Shown here one piece after another: positions 9,085 to 16,845 of a DNA stretch of 64,000 nt. Below the pieces are notes generated by a model, which searched no databases, was not told the origin of the DNA, and was given only the letters and a program-made list of their open reading frames with translations. The stretch is from the NCBI GenBank assembly GCA_021731405.1, contig JAKFXN010000004.1:1563-65562 (forward strand). Reading direction: 5' to 3'. Source of the DNA: Candidatus Parcubacteria bacterium. GTDB taxonomy: Bacteria; Patescibacteriota; Minisyncoccia; Phycocordibacterales; UBA918. Each line of letters begins with the position of its first letter. Position 1 is the first letter of the stretch. Position numbers and translations under genes: made by a program.

Positions 9085-9266
9085 CAAACGGCCGGCCCAA
9101 ATGCGAAAGCATTTGGGCCGTTGTCGTTTGTAGTTCTCGCCAGGAATCGAAAGACGGAGCCGGGGACCCTCTGGGCAGGCGAGTCGGGGTCGAGAACACT
9201 TAGTAGATTTGGAGCGAAGCGAACAAATGTACTTAGTGATTCGTGACCGAGACTGGCGAGAGCACA
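9085..9266 (+). repeat. tRNA-3'-end-linked structured element, copy E1 (downstream of tRNA-Arg-GCG)
   Basis: Order of parts: a long bulged hairpin at 9085..9131; an antisense copy of the tRNA T-arm/acceptor (agttctcgccaggaatcgaa) at 9132..9151; a module with GAGCGAAGCGAA; and a direct repeat of the tRNA 3' end, CTGGCGAGAGCACA, at 9073..9086 and 9253..9266. Confidence 0.55.
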
Positions 9267-9302
9267 TAAAACAAAACTCACTTCTTAAGAAGTGAGTTTT
9301 GT
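9267..9302. terminator. bidirectional rho-independent terminator
   Basis: AAAACAAAACTCACTTcttaAGAAGTGAGTTTTGTT, between E1 and the convergent gene 9319..10497. Confidence 0.6.
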
Positions 9303-9318
9303 TAAGTAGAGAGTCCTA

Positions 9319-10497
9319 TTAGTTGTCATTGTCGTCATCTCTATCATCGTTACCAACGTTTAACTGTAAACTACCGCGAACATCTAGGAGACGGTCGTCC
9401 TTATCATCAGAGTTACGATCATCATCTCCTGAATCACCATCATCCTTGTCATCGTTAGAATCGTCATCTTGGCCAGCATCGTTTAAGTCGTCTTTGTCAT
9501 CTCGGCTATCGTCGTCAGATTCATTCTCACTTTCTCTTTTGTCTTCAAAATCATCGTCATCAGGTGTCTTGGTGTCGATACGTATTTCACCGTCTTTCTC
9601 TCGGATACGAATTCTGTTTTCGTCATCACGGATTTCGATTCGGCTGTCATCTCCATCATCGTCATTTCTAATTTCTACCCAAGCGTTGGTATCTTGGATA
9701 CGCATCCGCTGTGAGTTCATCTTTACCGGCACTCCATCCAGTAGGGTAGAAAGTTCTGAAAGAAGGGTGTTTCGAGTGTCGTCGTCAAAATTTCCGTTGA
9801 GTACATACCCAAGGGTAATAGCAACGGCCTCGTTTACACGAACTTCATTTTCGCCTGAAATAGTCAGCTTTGACTTGTCTTCTGCCTGACTTCCTCGATC
9901 TTCCACTTCAAAATCTAAATTTGTCTCTACTACCGCTCGGGTCACCCCAAAGCGATTCATAATCTCAAGTACTACTTCTTCTCGTGTGTCAGCATTGGTC
10001 TCAAACACCGTCTTCCGGTCATTGAGTTCCACTTCAACAATAGTAGTGTCTGAAAAGACATCTGCTTCAGCTTCAAAGCTGTTGGTAGTAGACGCTGTAA
10101 TAACGCGATTGTTCTTTTGTACAGATTCGTTCAAAATTGAGCTGAGCTCTAAAAGTCGTTCTGCTGCAAACTGAGCTTCCAGGCGGGTTTTTGTTTCGTC
10201 ACTCGAGAGAGCGAGACGAAGTTCTTCAACCTTCTGTTCAATCACAAATAATGAGTCACCAGGACGAGCTGTCTCTGAAGCCGCTACAATTCCCGTGGTA
10301 CCAAGCATCAACATCAAGGCAAGAGCAATAGGAACCATATGTTTTTTTTGGTTAAATATAAATAAATAAGGCGACAGTGTAGGGGTCGAGTTGCCAACGT
10401 GTGTATCTATTTTATCCCACAGCGCATCTTTCTCCGTTTGCGAAAGCTTCGGAGTGTAACCATCTAGGGTTTCTGAAATTTTATTGTTTTCATCCAT
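9319..10497 (-). CDS. membrane-anchored putative anti-sigma factor with a poly-acidic (D/E-rich) C-terminal region
   Basis: Immediately downstream of, and 2 nt from, the sigma-factor gene. Single TM helix (HMVPIALALMLMLGTTGIVAA). C-terminal ~120 aa are about 50% Asp with IRxxDxxIRI micro-repeats. Confidence 0.45.
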   Translation of the reverse strand: MDENNKISETLDGYTPKLSQTEKDALWDKIDTHVGNSTPTLSPYLFIFNQKKHMVPIALALMLMLGTTGIVAASETARPGDSLFVIEQKVEELRLALSSDETKTRLEAQFAAERLLELSSILNESVQKNNRVITASTTNSFEAEADVFSDTTIVEVELNDRKTVFETNADTREEVVLEIMNRFGVTRAVVETNLDFEVEDRGSQAEDKSKLTISGENEVRVNEAVAITLGYVLNGNFDDDTRNTLLSELSTLLDGVPVKMNSQRMRIQDTNAWVEIRNDDDGDDSRIEIRDDENRIRIREKDGEIRIDTKTPDDDDFEDKRESENESDDDSRDDKDDLNDAGQDDDSNDDKDDGDSGDDDRNSDDKDDRLLDVRGSLQLNVGNDDRDDDNDN

Positions 10498-10498
10498 A

Positions 10499-11035
10499 CT
10501 AGGTTTGATTAGTAAGCGTTGTTGCTAAAGATTTTAAGGCGCGGTGGTGGCGAACTCGTACCGCCGACTCTGTCATATTAAGAAGTGAAGCGATTTCGGG
10601 AAACGTGTACCTTGACCAGTGATGCAGAATTATAATTTCACGCGTGTCCTCCCCCAATGTATCTAGTGCCCGTCTAACACTATCTGCCTCTTCAATTTTG
10701 TCTGGAGGTGAAGCGGTGATTGATTCATCAAAGGCTATTTCCATCTCCATCTTATTGTTTGTAGACATATAGTATTTGGCAAGCTTTCGTTTTGTGATAA
10801 GGAAAACGAAGCTATAAAATTGAGCGTCAGACTGATATGTGAAATTTTGTAATCCGGCGTGTAGGTCAATAAATATCTCTTGCACAATGTCAGTTGCGGT
10901 ATCTCTATCCAAGACACGGTAACTAACATACGCAAAGATTTTATCTACAAGGAGTTCGTAGACAGTTTTAAAGCGCACAGAATACTCTGTGTCTTTTGCT
11001 GTTAGTAACGCTTGTAAGGTAACGTTTTCCGTCAT
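10499..11035 (-). CDS. sigma-70 family (ECF-like) RNA polymerase sigma factor
   Basis: Region 2 plus a region 4 HTH (LHHWSRYTFPEIASLLNMTESAVRVRHHRALKSL). Confidence 0.75.
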   Translation of the reverse strand: MTENVTLQALLTAKDTEYSVRFKTVYELLVDKIFAYVSYRVLDRDTATDIVQEIFIDLHAGLQNFTYQSDAQFYSFVFLITKRKLAKYYMSTNNKMEMEIAFDESITASPPDKIEEADSVRRALDTLGEDTREIIILHHWSRYTFPEIASLLNMTESAVRVRHHRALKSLATTLTNQT

Positions 11036-11146
11036 ATGTTCTTCACTCTACTATACAATGGCAAAAAATCAGCAAAACGTTACATCCTGCCAGAGGGGTA
11101 ATTTTAGGGAGTTTTTGATTAGAAATCCTCATGGTATGCTACCAAT

Positions 11147-11536
11147 ATGTCTCGATTGCTCGGTATAGATTATGGTCATAAACGTGTTGGTTTAGCGGTG
11201 TCGGACGAAACAGGTACGATGGCTTTTCCACACAAAGTCTTTCCAAATGACCAAGCGCTGGTAAAAAACATTTGCACTGTCATACGTGAGCAGAAGGTGG
11301 GTGAAATAGTGGTTGGACATTCGCTTGATAAAGAGGGTAATCCAAACAGCATTCACGATAAAGTGGAGGCTCTCATGCTCGATCTTACGCTTGAAACTGG
11401 ACTTCCTATCCATCTTGAGCCAGAGCAGTACACCACTCAAGCCGCCCTTCGAATCCAAGGGAGGAATGCCATGACTGATGCTGCCGCAGCGACCCTCATC
11501 CTCGATACTTTTATTGTTCGAAATAAGAAAAAATAA
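11147..11536 (+). CDS. ruvX: Holliday-junction resolvase-like RuvX/YqgF
   Basis: MSRLLGIDYGHKRVGLAVSD N-terminal YqgF/RNase H-like signature. Confidence 0.8.
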   Translation: MSRLLGIDYGHKRVGLAVSDETGTMAFPHKVFPNDQALVKNICTVIREQKVGEIVVGHSLDKEGNPNSIHDKVEALMLDLTLETGLPIHLEPEQYTTQAALRIQGRNAMTDAAAATLILDTFIVRNKKK

Positions 11537-11537
11537 C

Positions 11538-11870
11538 ATGGACCAAATTTCATACGACGATTTTGCAAAGCTAGAAATAAAAATTGGAACTATTCTTTCT
11601 GTGGAAGTAGTTCCAGAAGCCGATAAACTATTAAAGCTGAGTGTTGATGTGGGGGAAGAGACCCCAAGACAAATTATTTCTGGGATCAGAACATATTTTG
11701 AAGATCCGCAAGTGCTGGTGGGACGACAGTGCCCATTTCTCACCAATTTAGAACCTAGAACCATTCGGGGTTTTGAAAGTCAGGGTATGATTTTGGCGGC
11801 GAGTTTTGATGAAGAGTTTGCCCTTCTGCATCCACATGTAGCACTACCTTCTGGTTCAAAAGTTAGGTAA
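11538..11870 (+). CDS. stand-alone tRNA-binding domain protein (CsaA/Trbp111/MetRS C-terminal-like OB fold)
   Basis: FAKLEIKIGTILSVEVVPEADKLLKLSVDVGEE..RQIISGI matches the MetRS C-terminal/EMAP tRNA-binding domain. The ATG at 11538 follows the ruvX stop. Confidence 0.75.
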   Translation: MDQISYDDFAKLEIKIGTILSVEVVPEADKLLKLSVDVGEETPRQIISGIRTYFEDPQVLVGRQCPFLTNLEPRTIRGFESQGMILAASFDEEFALLHPHVALPSGSKVR

Positions 11871-11934
11871 CACTATTCGTTTTTAGATGTGAGTTTTGAC
11901 GAGTTTCCGATAATAAACAGCGTATACTATTTGT

Positions 11935-13029
11935 ATGCGGTTATTTAATGCGCTCTCAAAACTCGTGCCTCCGCCAAGTTATATTGCTCTACCAAGCATG
12001 GGGGTGGATATTTCTGACACGTCTTTAAAATACGTTTCTTTTTTGCCGTCACTACGGCCAGAAAAAGTGAAAGTGCTCGACGTGTGGGGTGACATTACTA
12101 TTCCGGAAAATGTTCTCCAACGTGGTGAAATAAAAGATTCAAAAACACTCACGAGTGTACTTAGTGAATTTAAAGATAAAACCAAAGCTGACTTTATTCG
12201 AGTCTCGCTACCGGAAGAGCGAGCGTATATTTTTGAGACTGAGATAAAGAAGAATGTTCCTGTAAAAGAGATTCATAGCTTGCTCGAATTTCGTCTAGAA
12301 GAAAACGTACCAATCTCAGCCCGGGAAGCAATTTTTGATTATGAAATCGTGGCTAGTGATGACAAAAACCAGACTGCTAAAGTAGTGGTAGCTGCGTATC
12401 AGCGCGAAACCATCATGCAGTACTACGAAGCTTGTCGTGCCGCTGCGCTCACCCCACTTTCTTTTGAGGTGGAAGCACAGGCTATGGGAAGAGCGGTGGT
12501 ACCAAACAACATGACCGACACCGTGATGCTTATTGATTTTGGCAAGACGCGAACGGGTGTTGGTATTATAAATAATGGAACCCTCCTGTACACCTCAACC
12601 ATTGATATCGGAGGGGGACAGCTTTCACAAGTACTCAGAAAGACGCTGGGGGATGTCGCGGAGTCAGAATTGACGGCCATTAAAAACACGAGCGGCCTCA
12701 TTCGTGGGGTAGAAGATACTCGTGTCTATGAATCACTCATCTCAATCATTTCAGTCATCAAAGACGAGATTGCGTCACGAATGCAGTATTGGCATTTGAA
12801 AGATAGTAACCGGAATAGTCGTCGAATAAAAAAAATTATTCTCTGTGGCGGTAGTGTAAATCTCAAAGGCTTGCCTGAGTACCTTACCGAGTCGCTTGGT
12901 GTGTCGTGTGTACGAGCTGACGTGTGGGGGAACGCCTTTAGGACCGATCTGGTTGTTCCGCCATTTGAAAAGCGGTACTCATACGGGTACGCGACCGCCA
13001 TTGGTCTTGCCCTCAAAAACACTGTTTAG
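11935..13029 (+). CDS. pilM: type IV pilus assembly protein PilM (actin-like ATPase fold)
   Basis: MLIDFGKTRTGVGIINNGTLLYTSTIDIGGGQLSQ actin-like motifs, followed by pilN/pilO-like genes. Confidence 0.8.
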   Translation: MRLFNALSKLVPPPSYIALPSMGVDISDTSLKYVSFLPSLRPEKVKVLDVWGDITIPENVLQRGEIKDSKTLTSVLSEFKDKTKADFIRVSLPEERAYIFETEIKKNVPVKEIHSLLEFRLEENVPISAREAIFDYEIVASDDKNQTAKVVVAAYQRETIMQYYEACRAAALTPLSFEVEAQAMGRAVVPNNMTDTVMLIDFGKTRTGVGIINNGTLLYTSTIDIGGGQLSQVLRKTLGDVAESELTAIKNTSGLIRGVEDTRVYESLISIISVIKDEIASRMQYWHLKDSNRNSRRIKKIILCGGSVNLKGLPEYLTESLGVSCVRADVWGNAFRTDLVVPPFEKRYSYGYATAIGLALKNTV

Positions 13030-13031
13030 AT

Positions 13032-13571
13032 ATGATTAACCTAATTCCACCAGTTGTACGAAAAAGCATAGTTACCGAATATTGGATACGGGTGGCTTCA
13101 GTCTGGCTTTTTATTGTGGCGGTAGCTGCGACTGCGGTTGTGTTTTTGTCACTCCCTGTCTATGTGCTCGTGTCTTCACAGGTAGATGTGTACGCCCAGT
13201 CGGCGGCGGAAGCAACAGAGCGTGTGACGGAGTATGACCTATCTGCCGGCGCGCTTGTGCGCGCAAACGTGATGGCGCAGAAAGTATTTGAGCTTCGTGA
13301 AGTAGAAAAGTTTTCAACTATTGTTGCCAGTATTGAAGCTCTGCAGGGAAGCGATATCGTGATTGATGGATTTGAGTTTGCGCGACAAGAAAATAGCCTT
13401 GCTCCTGTCCAAGTGACGGGGCGAGCGGCGACTAGACAAGCGTTGTCTGATTTTCGAGAGAGTCTTTTAAGTCAAGAGAGCATTAGTGATGTAATACTAC
13501 CTATTTCTAACCTCGCAAAGGATAGAGACATTCAGTTTTCAGTCTCGATTACCTTTAAAGAACCGCAATAA
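13032..13571 (+). CDS. pilN: type IV pilus assembly protein PilN-like (bitopic)
   Basis: N-terminal TM helix. Position and size match pilN in a pilMNO cluster. Confidence 0.55.
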   Translation: MINLIPPVVRKSIVTEYWIRVASVWLFIVAVAATAVVFLSLPVYVLVSSQVDVYAQSAAEATERVTEYDLSAGALVRANVMAQKVFELREVEKFSTIVASIEALQGSDIVIDGFEFARQENSLAPVQVTGRAATRQALSDFRESLLSQESISDVILPISNLAKDRDIQFSVSITFKEPQ

Positions 13572-13574
13572 TAT

Positions 13575-14093
13575 ATGGGAACAAAAACAAAAAAAATATT
13601 TATAATCTCTGTAATTACCGCTCTGGTAAGTATTGCCGTGCTCGTTTTTTTCTCGTACGAAATCCAAAACCAAGGAGTTCGTCTCGAAGAACAAATTGCC
13701 ATTCTGACCGAGAGTAACACTAAAGAATCAGCTCATGTACGCCTCAATCGCCTTGTGCAGGATACCGAGTCAGAGAGAGCACTTTTAGCCTCTAGTTTTT
13801 TCAAAGATGAAGGCGACAGTATCCTATTCTTGGGTGAAATAGAGACGCTCGCTGGTGCCCTCGGTCTCTCACTCAAGACCGAAGAGCTCGATAAAGTAGT
13901 AGACGAAGAAAAACGTGAATCTATCAGAATGACTTTTTCCTATGATGGAGCAAAAGATACCGTCTTCACGTTTTCAAAATTAATGGAAGTCACCCCGTAT
14001 CATTCACGAGTCGAAAGCCTGTCGTTACGTAAACTCACCAATGAAAATTGGCAGGGAACCCTTACCATACTCATTAGTATCAATTCACTATGA
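13575..14093 (+). CDS. pilO: type IV pilus assembly protein PilO-like
   Basis: N-terminal TM helix and coiled coil. Translationally coupled to pilN. Confidence 0.45.
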   Translation: MGTKTKKIFIISVITALVSIAVLVFFSYEIQNQGVRLEEQIAILTESNTKESAHVRLNRLVQDTESERALLASSFFKDEGDSILFLGEIETLAGALGLSLKTEELDKVVDEEKRESIRMTFSYDGAKDTVFTFSKLMEVTPYHSRVESLSLRKLTNENWQGTLTILISINSL

Positions 14094-14551
14094 TAGAAAA
14101 TGCTTTTGTTAAAAAACTGGTAAAAGGAGTGCTTAGAAATCGAAAGCAGTCGCTTTTAGATAGAAGTATTATGCACCCAACTCGGGAGTGGGTGACTGGT
14201 CTTGCCCTAGGGATTCTTATTTTAACTTTGGGAGTGGCGTGGGGAGTCAGCACCTATATTCAGTTTAGTAATGTATCGGTGAGTGGGGAGGCTGTAGAAG
14301 ACGCTGCAGTTGTGTACCGACAAAGTCTAGTTGAGACTGCTCTGACGGATTTTGAGGCGCGAAAAAAAGAATATGAAACCCTCAAGCAAACGCTTCTTAA
14401 TAAACAGAGAAATGTAGAGACAGTAGCACTACCGCCACAAGTAGAAATAGCTACCACAACTGAAGAGACTGTCACTGAATCAGAACCAGATATGTCTAGC
14501 CCAATACTAGAGGGGAGTGAGTCGAATGAGGGTCCGGAGTTGGGGTTGTAG
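14090..14551 (+). CDS. pilus-cluster-associated bitopic membrane protein (possible PilP analogue)
   Basis: Start overlaps the pilO stop. Single TM helix with an acidic C-terminus. Confidence 0.35.
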   Translation: MIENAFVKKLVKGVLRNRKQSLLDRSIMHPTREWVTGLALGILILTLGVAWGVSTYIQFSNVSVSGEAVEDAAVVYRQSLVETALTDFEARKKEYETLKQTLLNKQRNVETVALPPQVEIATTTEETVTESEPDMSSPILEGSESNEGPELGL

Positions 14552-14601
14552 GTTGTGCTTGGGTTAAAGCTTCTGTGAGGTCAAGTTTCTAAATTCACTG
14601 T

Positions 14602-14800
14602 CCGCGAGGAATGATCCTGCAGTTTCTAATTCGCTACGCTCATAAGAACTGCTGGACGCAGCTCACTAGTTTTCTTTCTAGAAAGGAAAGAAAACATCGC
14701 TCCGCTGGTTCGATTCCTACGGAAAGTGCATTAGCACTTTCCTCGCGGGGGCACGAACAAAAACAGCACACTTAAATAAAGTGTGCTGTTTTTATACTCG
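14602..14800 (-). repeat. tRNA-3'-end-linked structured element, copy E3 (downstream of tRNA-Arg-TCT)
   Basis: Read on the + strand: a direct-repeat copy CCGCGAGGAAT at 14602..14612; a conserved block CGCTACGCTCATAAGAACTGCTGGACGCAGCTCAC; a hairpin GTTTTCTTTC-TAGAAAG-GAAAGAAAAC; CGCTCCGCTGG; a T-loop copy GGTTCGATTCCT + AC + hairpin GGAAAGTGC-atta-GCACTTTCC + CCTCGCGGGGGCA (inverted copy of the tRNA 3' end); and a terminator hairpin at 14759..14794. Confidence 0.55.
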
Positions 14801-14872
14801 TGCCCCCGCGAGGAATCGAACCTCGAATAACGGCTTAGAAGTCCGCAGTTATATCCATTTAACTACAGGGGC
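14801..14872 (-). tRNA. tRNA-Arg(TCT)
   Basis: Reverse complement GCCCCTG..CGGGGGCA. Anticodon loop CTTCTAA, T-arm CGAGGTTCGATTCCTCG, 72 nt. Confidence 0.8.
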
Positions 14873-15046
14873 AAGTGAGGAATAGAATGGAAGCTTGCTT
14901 ACATTCTAGTTCCGAACGCAGCCCTTGTATGCGGAGCATACAGGGGCAAACGTTCAACTTGAAGATTCAGGTCACCTCGCTCGCAAGAATAGCAGAAAAC
15001 AAGAGGAGAGGGAATATATAAAAGAATGCCCCACCAAGGTGGGGCA

Positions 15047-15475
15047 TTAATGCGTGTGTGTTTTGGAGGGGGTTACCTCAAGTCGCAGAATGATGTCTCT
15101 GTAAAAGAAAAAACCTTTGACCTTTCCGCGTTCTGGTGGAGCTTGATAGAATTCTCGCCTCTCTTCGTGTACTAGCATCGAGACTGCTGTTATGAACCCC
15201 TGATCACCAATTCCGTATATATAAGAAGTGGGACTGTCCTCAGTTGAGGTGATGGTAGCTCCGGGAAAAAGTGTGGAGGTCTGTGATTGGAGTTGGCTAA
15301 TTAAGTAGTCAAACTGAACGCAGGGTATCACACAGAAAATGGCTGCCTCCTCTCGATTTCCAGCCATTTTCATGGCTTTTACGGCAAGACCTGCCAGCTC
15401 CTCTAACTTTGGAGCTATGGAGGCTACCAGTTTCTCTACGAGATGGTTGGATACTTCCATACTATAACCCTCCAA
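15047..15475 (-). CDS. hypothetical protein
   Basis: 142-aa ORF followed by a terminator hairpin at about 15017..15043. Confidence 0.4.
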   Translation of the reverse strand: MEGYSMEVSNHLVEKLVASIAPKLEELAGLAVKAMKMAGNREEAAIFCVIPCVQFDYLISQLQSQTSTLFPGATITSTEDSPTSYIYGIGDQGFITAVSMLVHEERREFYQAPPERGKVKGFFFYRDIILRLEVTPSKTHTH

Positions 15476-15582
15476 TTGTTTAAAGAACTAGAAAATAGAG
15501 TACGGCCAAAATAAAAATCTGTAAAGCAAAATTGGTTTTGAAATTTAAAAAGCGGTACCAACGAAGTTAGTACCGCCTTTGG

Positions 15583-16029
15583 TTACAGCAAGTGTCCAAA
15601 ATTGCTTGGTTTGACCTGCATGATTTCAACTCTTGTTCTTGTACAGACAAGAGCTTTTACGAAACCTGGTGAGAGAGGTGTATTCAGAATGACCTCAGTC
15701 GTTTCAGGGAGCATTTTTTCAAAATTTGCAAAAAATGTCTCGGTGGCAACCCCATAAAAAACAGGACTGCTTTTTGGTGATTGAACTTTCTTCCAGTCAC
15801 TTCGTTCCTCGACTCCTTCAATAAGCCTTCTCCAGCTGGAATTCCCTTCAAGGCAAAAAACAATAAATTCTTCAGGCTGGCGATTGTTGCGATGAACCTC
15901 TTCCCAAGCAAGGGTCTGAAGAATTCGTGCTGCTTCGTAGACAACAAGTGCGTGGAAATCTTCTGGATCCAACTCATCTGTAGCCAATGTGTGATTCGTA
16001 GTCATGGTTTGCTCCCAGAACAGTTGCAA
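15583..16029 (-). CDS. hypothetical protein
   Basis: 148-aa ORF with the most protein-like composition of three overlapping frames. Confidence 0.4.
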   Translation of the reverse strand: MQLFWEQTMTTNHTLATDELDPEDFHALVVYEAARILQTLAWEEVHRNNRQPEEFIVFCLEGNSSWRRLIEGVEERSDWKKVQSPKSSPVFYGVATETFFANFEKMLPETTEVILNTPLSPGFVKALVCTRTRVEIMQVKPSNFGHLL

Positions 16030-16134
16030 AAGAACAAATTACCTACGTACAATACTGCTAACGCTGCTTTTGTAAAGAGAAGAGTTATTTATGTGCAAAA
16101 AGTCGTTAGCAGAAGCTAACGACTTTTTGTATTG

Positions 16135-16414
16135 TGTGCGATGAGAGATTAGTCCCACTTTTTCTAATTCCTTAACAGGAACTGTCCACTCATTGGGGTT
16201 TTTCATTCTTCAAAACACCTCAATGAGTCTTGCGAAATGACATTATGGTCATTTCTCACGCTTCGCTCATAAGAACGCTGGACGCGGCTCAACGGTTTCA
16301 ATTTCTGGGAAAGGAAATTGAAACACGTCTCCGCCGTTCAAATCTCTACAAAAGTGCCGCAGGGCACTTTTTCATCGCGCATATAAAAAACCCGCATTGC
16401 GGGCTTTTTATCTG
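16135..16414 (-). repeat. tRNA-3'-end-linked structured element, copy E4 (downstream of tRNA-Val)
   Basis: Read on the + strand: a direct-repeat copy TGTGCGATGAGAGATT at 16135..16150; a long imperfect hairpin; CGCTTCGCTCATAAGAACGCTGGACGCGGCTCAAC (31/34 identical to E3); a hairpin GTTTCAATTTC-TGGGAAAG-GAAATTGAAAC; CGTCTCCGCCG; a T-loop copy TTCAAATCTCT + AC + hairpin AAAAGTGCC-gcag-GGCACTTTT + TCATCGCGCA; and a terminator at 16386..16409. Confidence 0.55.
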
Positions 16415-16487
16415 TGCGCGATGAGAGATTTGAACTCCCGACCTTCTCAGTGTAAATGAGCTGCTCTACCAACTGAGCTAATCGCGC
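16415..16487 (-). tRNA. tRNA-Val(TAC)
   Basis: Reverse complement GCGCGAT..ATCGCGCA. Anticodon loop TTTACAC, T-arm AGGTCGGGAGTTCAAATCTCTC. Confidence 0.85.
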
Positions 16488-16568
16488 ATGCCTACCTAAG
16501 TAGTGCCACACATAGTACCTGTTTTTGAAATTATTTCAATATCAGATACTTGAGGTATACTGACGGTC

Positions 16569-16841
16569 ATGATTGAGATGCAAAGTACTATTATTGGTAA
16601 AGTCCAAGGCGTACGCTACCGAGACTATGTCCAGGCGGCTGCAGGGGAGCTTGGATTGGTGGGGTACGTCAAAAATAACCCTGACGGTACGGTTTTTGTC
16701 TTAGCTCAGGGCGAGCCTGAGATTCTTCGAAACTTTGTGGAATACCTCCATGAGGGTTCTGTCTTAGCGACAGTTGATTCTGTGAGTGTAGACTGGGCTA
16801 CTGCGCAGAAACACTACGATGATTTTTCAGTGGTACGGTAA
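16569..16841 (+). CDS. acyP: acylphosphatase
   Basis: 90 aa with the VQGVRYRDYV and GYVKNNPDGTV acylphosphatase signatures. Confidence 0.8.
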   Translation: MIEMQSTIIGKVQGVRYRDYVQAAAGELGLVGYVKNNPDGTVFVLAQGEPEILRNFVEYLHEGSVLATVDSVSVDWATAQKHYDDFSVVR

Positions 16842-16845
16842 ATAT

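Noticed and set aside
8975-9281. Three overlapping minus-strand ORFs (74-86 aa)
   Set aside because: They lie across tRNA-Arg(GCG) and element E1, whose hairpins keep the frames open. The composition is not protein-like.
9323-9889. 188-aa Ser-rich ORF on the + strand
   Set aside because: It is the mirror image of the poly-Asp/Glu coding region of the minus-strand gene (GAT/GAC/GAA antisense gives Ser/Leu/Phe codons). It has no start context, so it is an antisense artefact.
15684-16119. Alternative frames (15684..15977 on the minus strand, 15781..16119 on the plus strand) overlapping 15583..16029
   Set aside because: Only one of three overlapping frames can be coding. The 148-aa minus-strand frame has the most protein-like composition and the longest extent.
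16230-16424. 64-aa ORF on the + strand
   Set aside because: It spans the conserved E4 element and the bidirectional terminator next to tRNA-Val, so the frame is open by chance.
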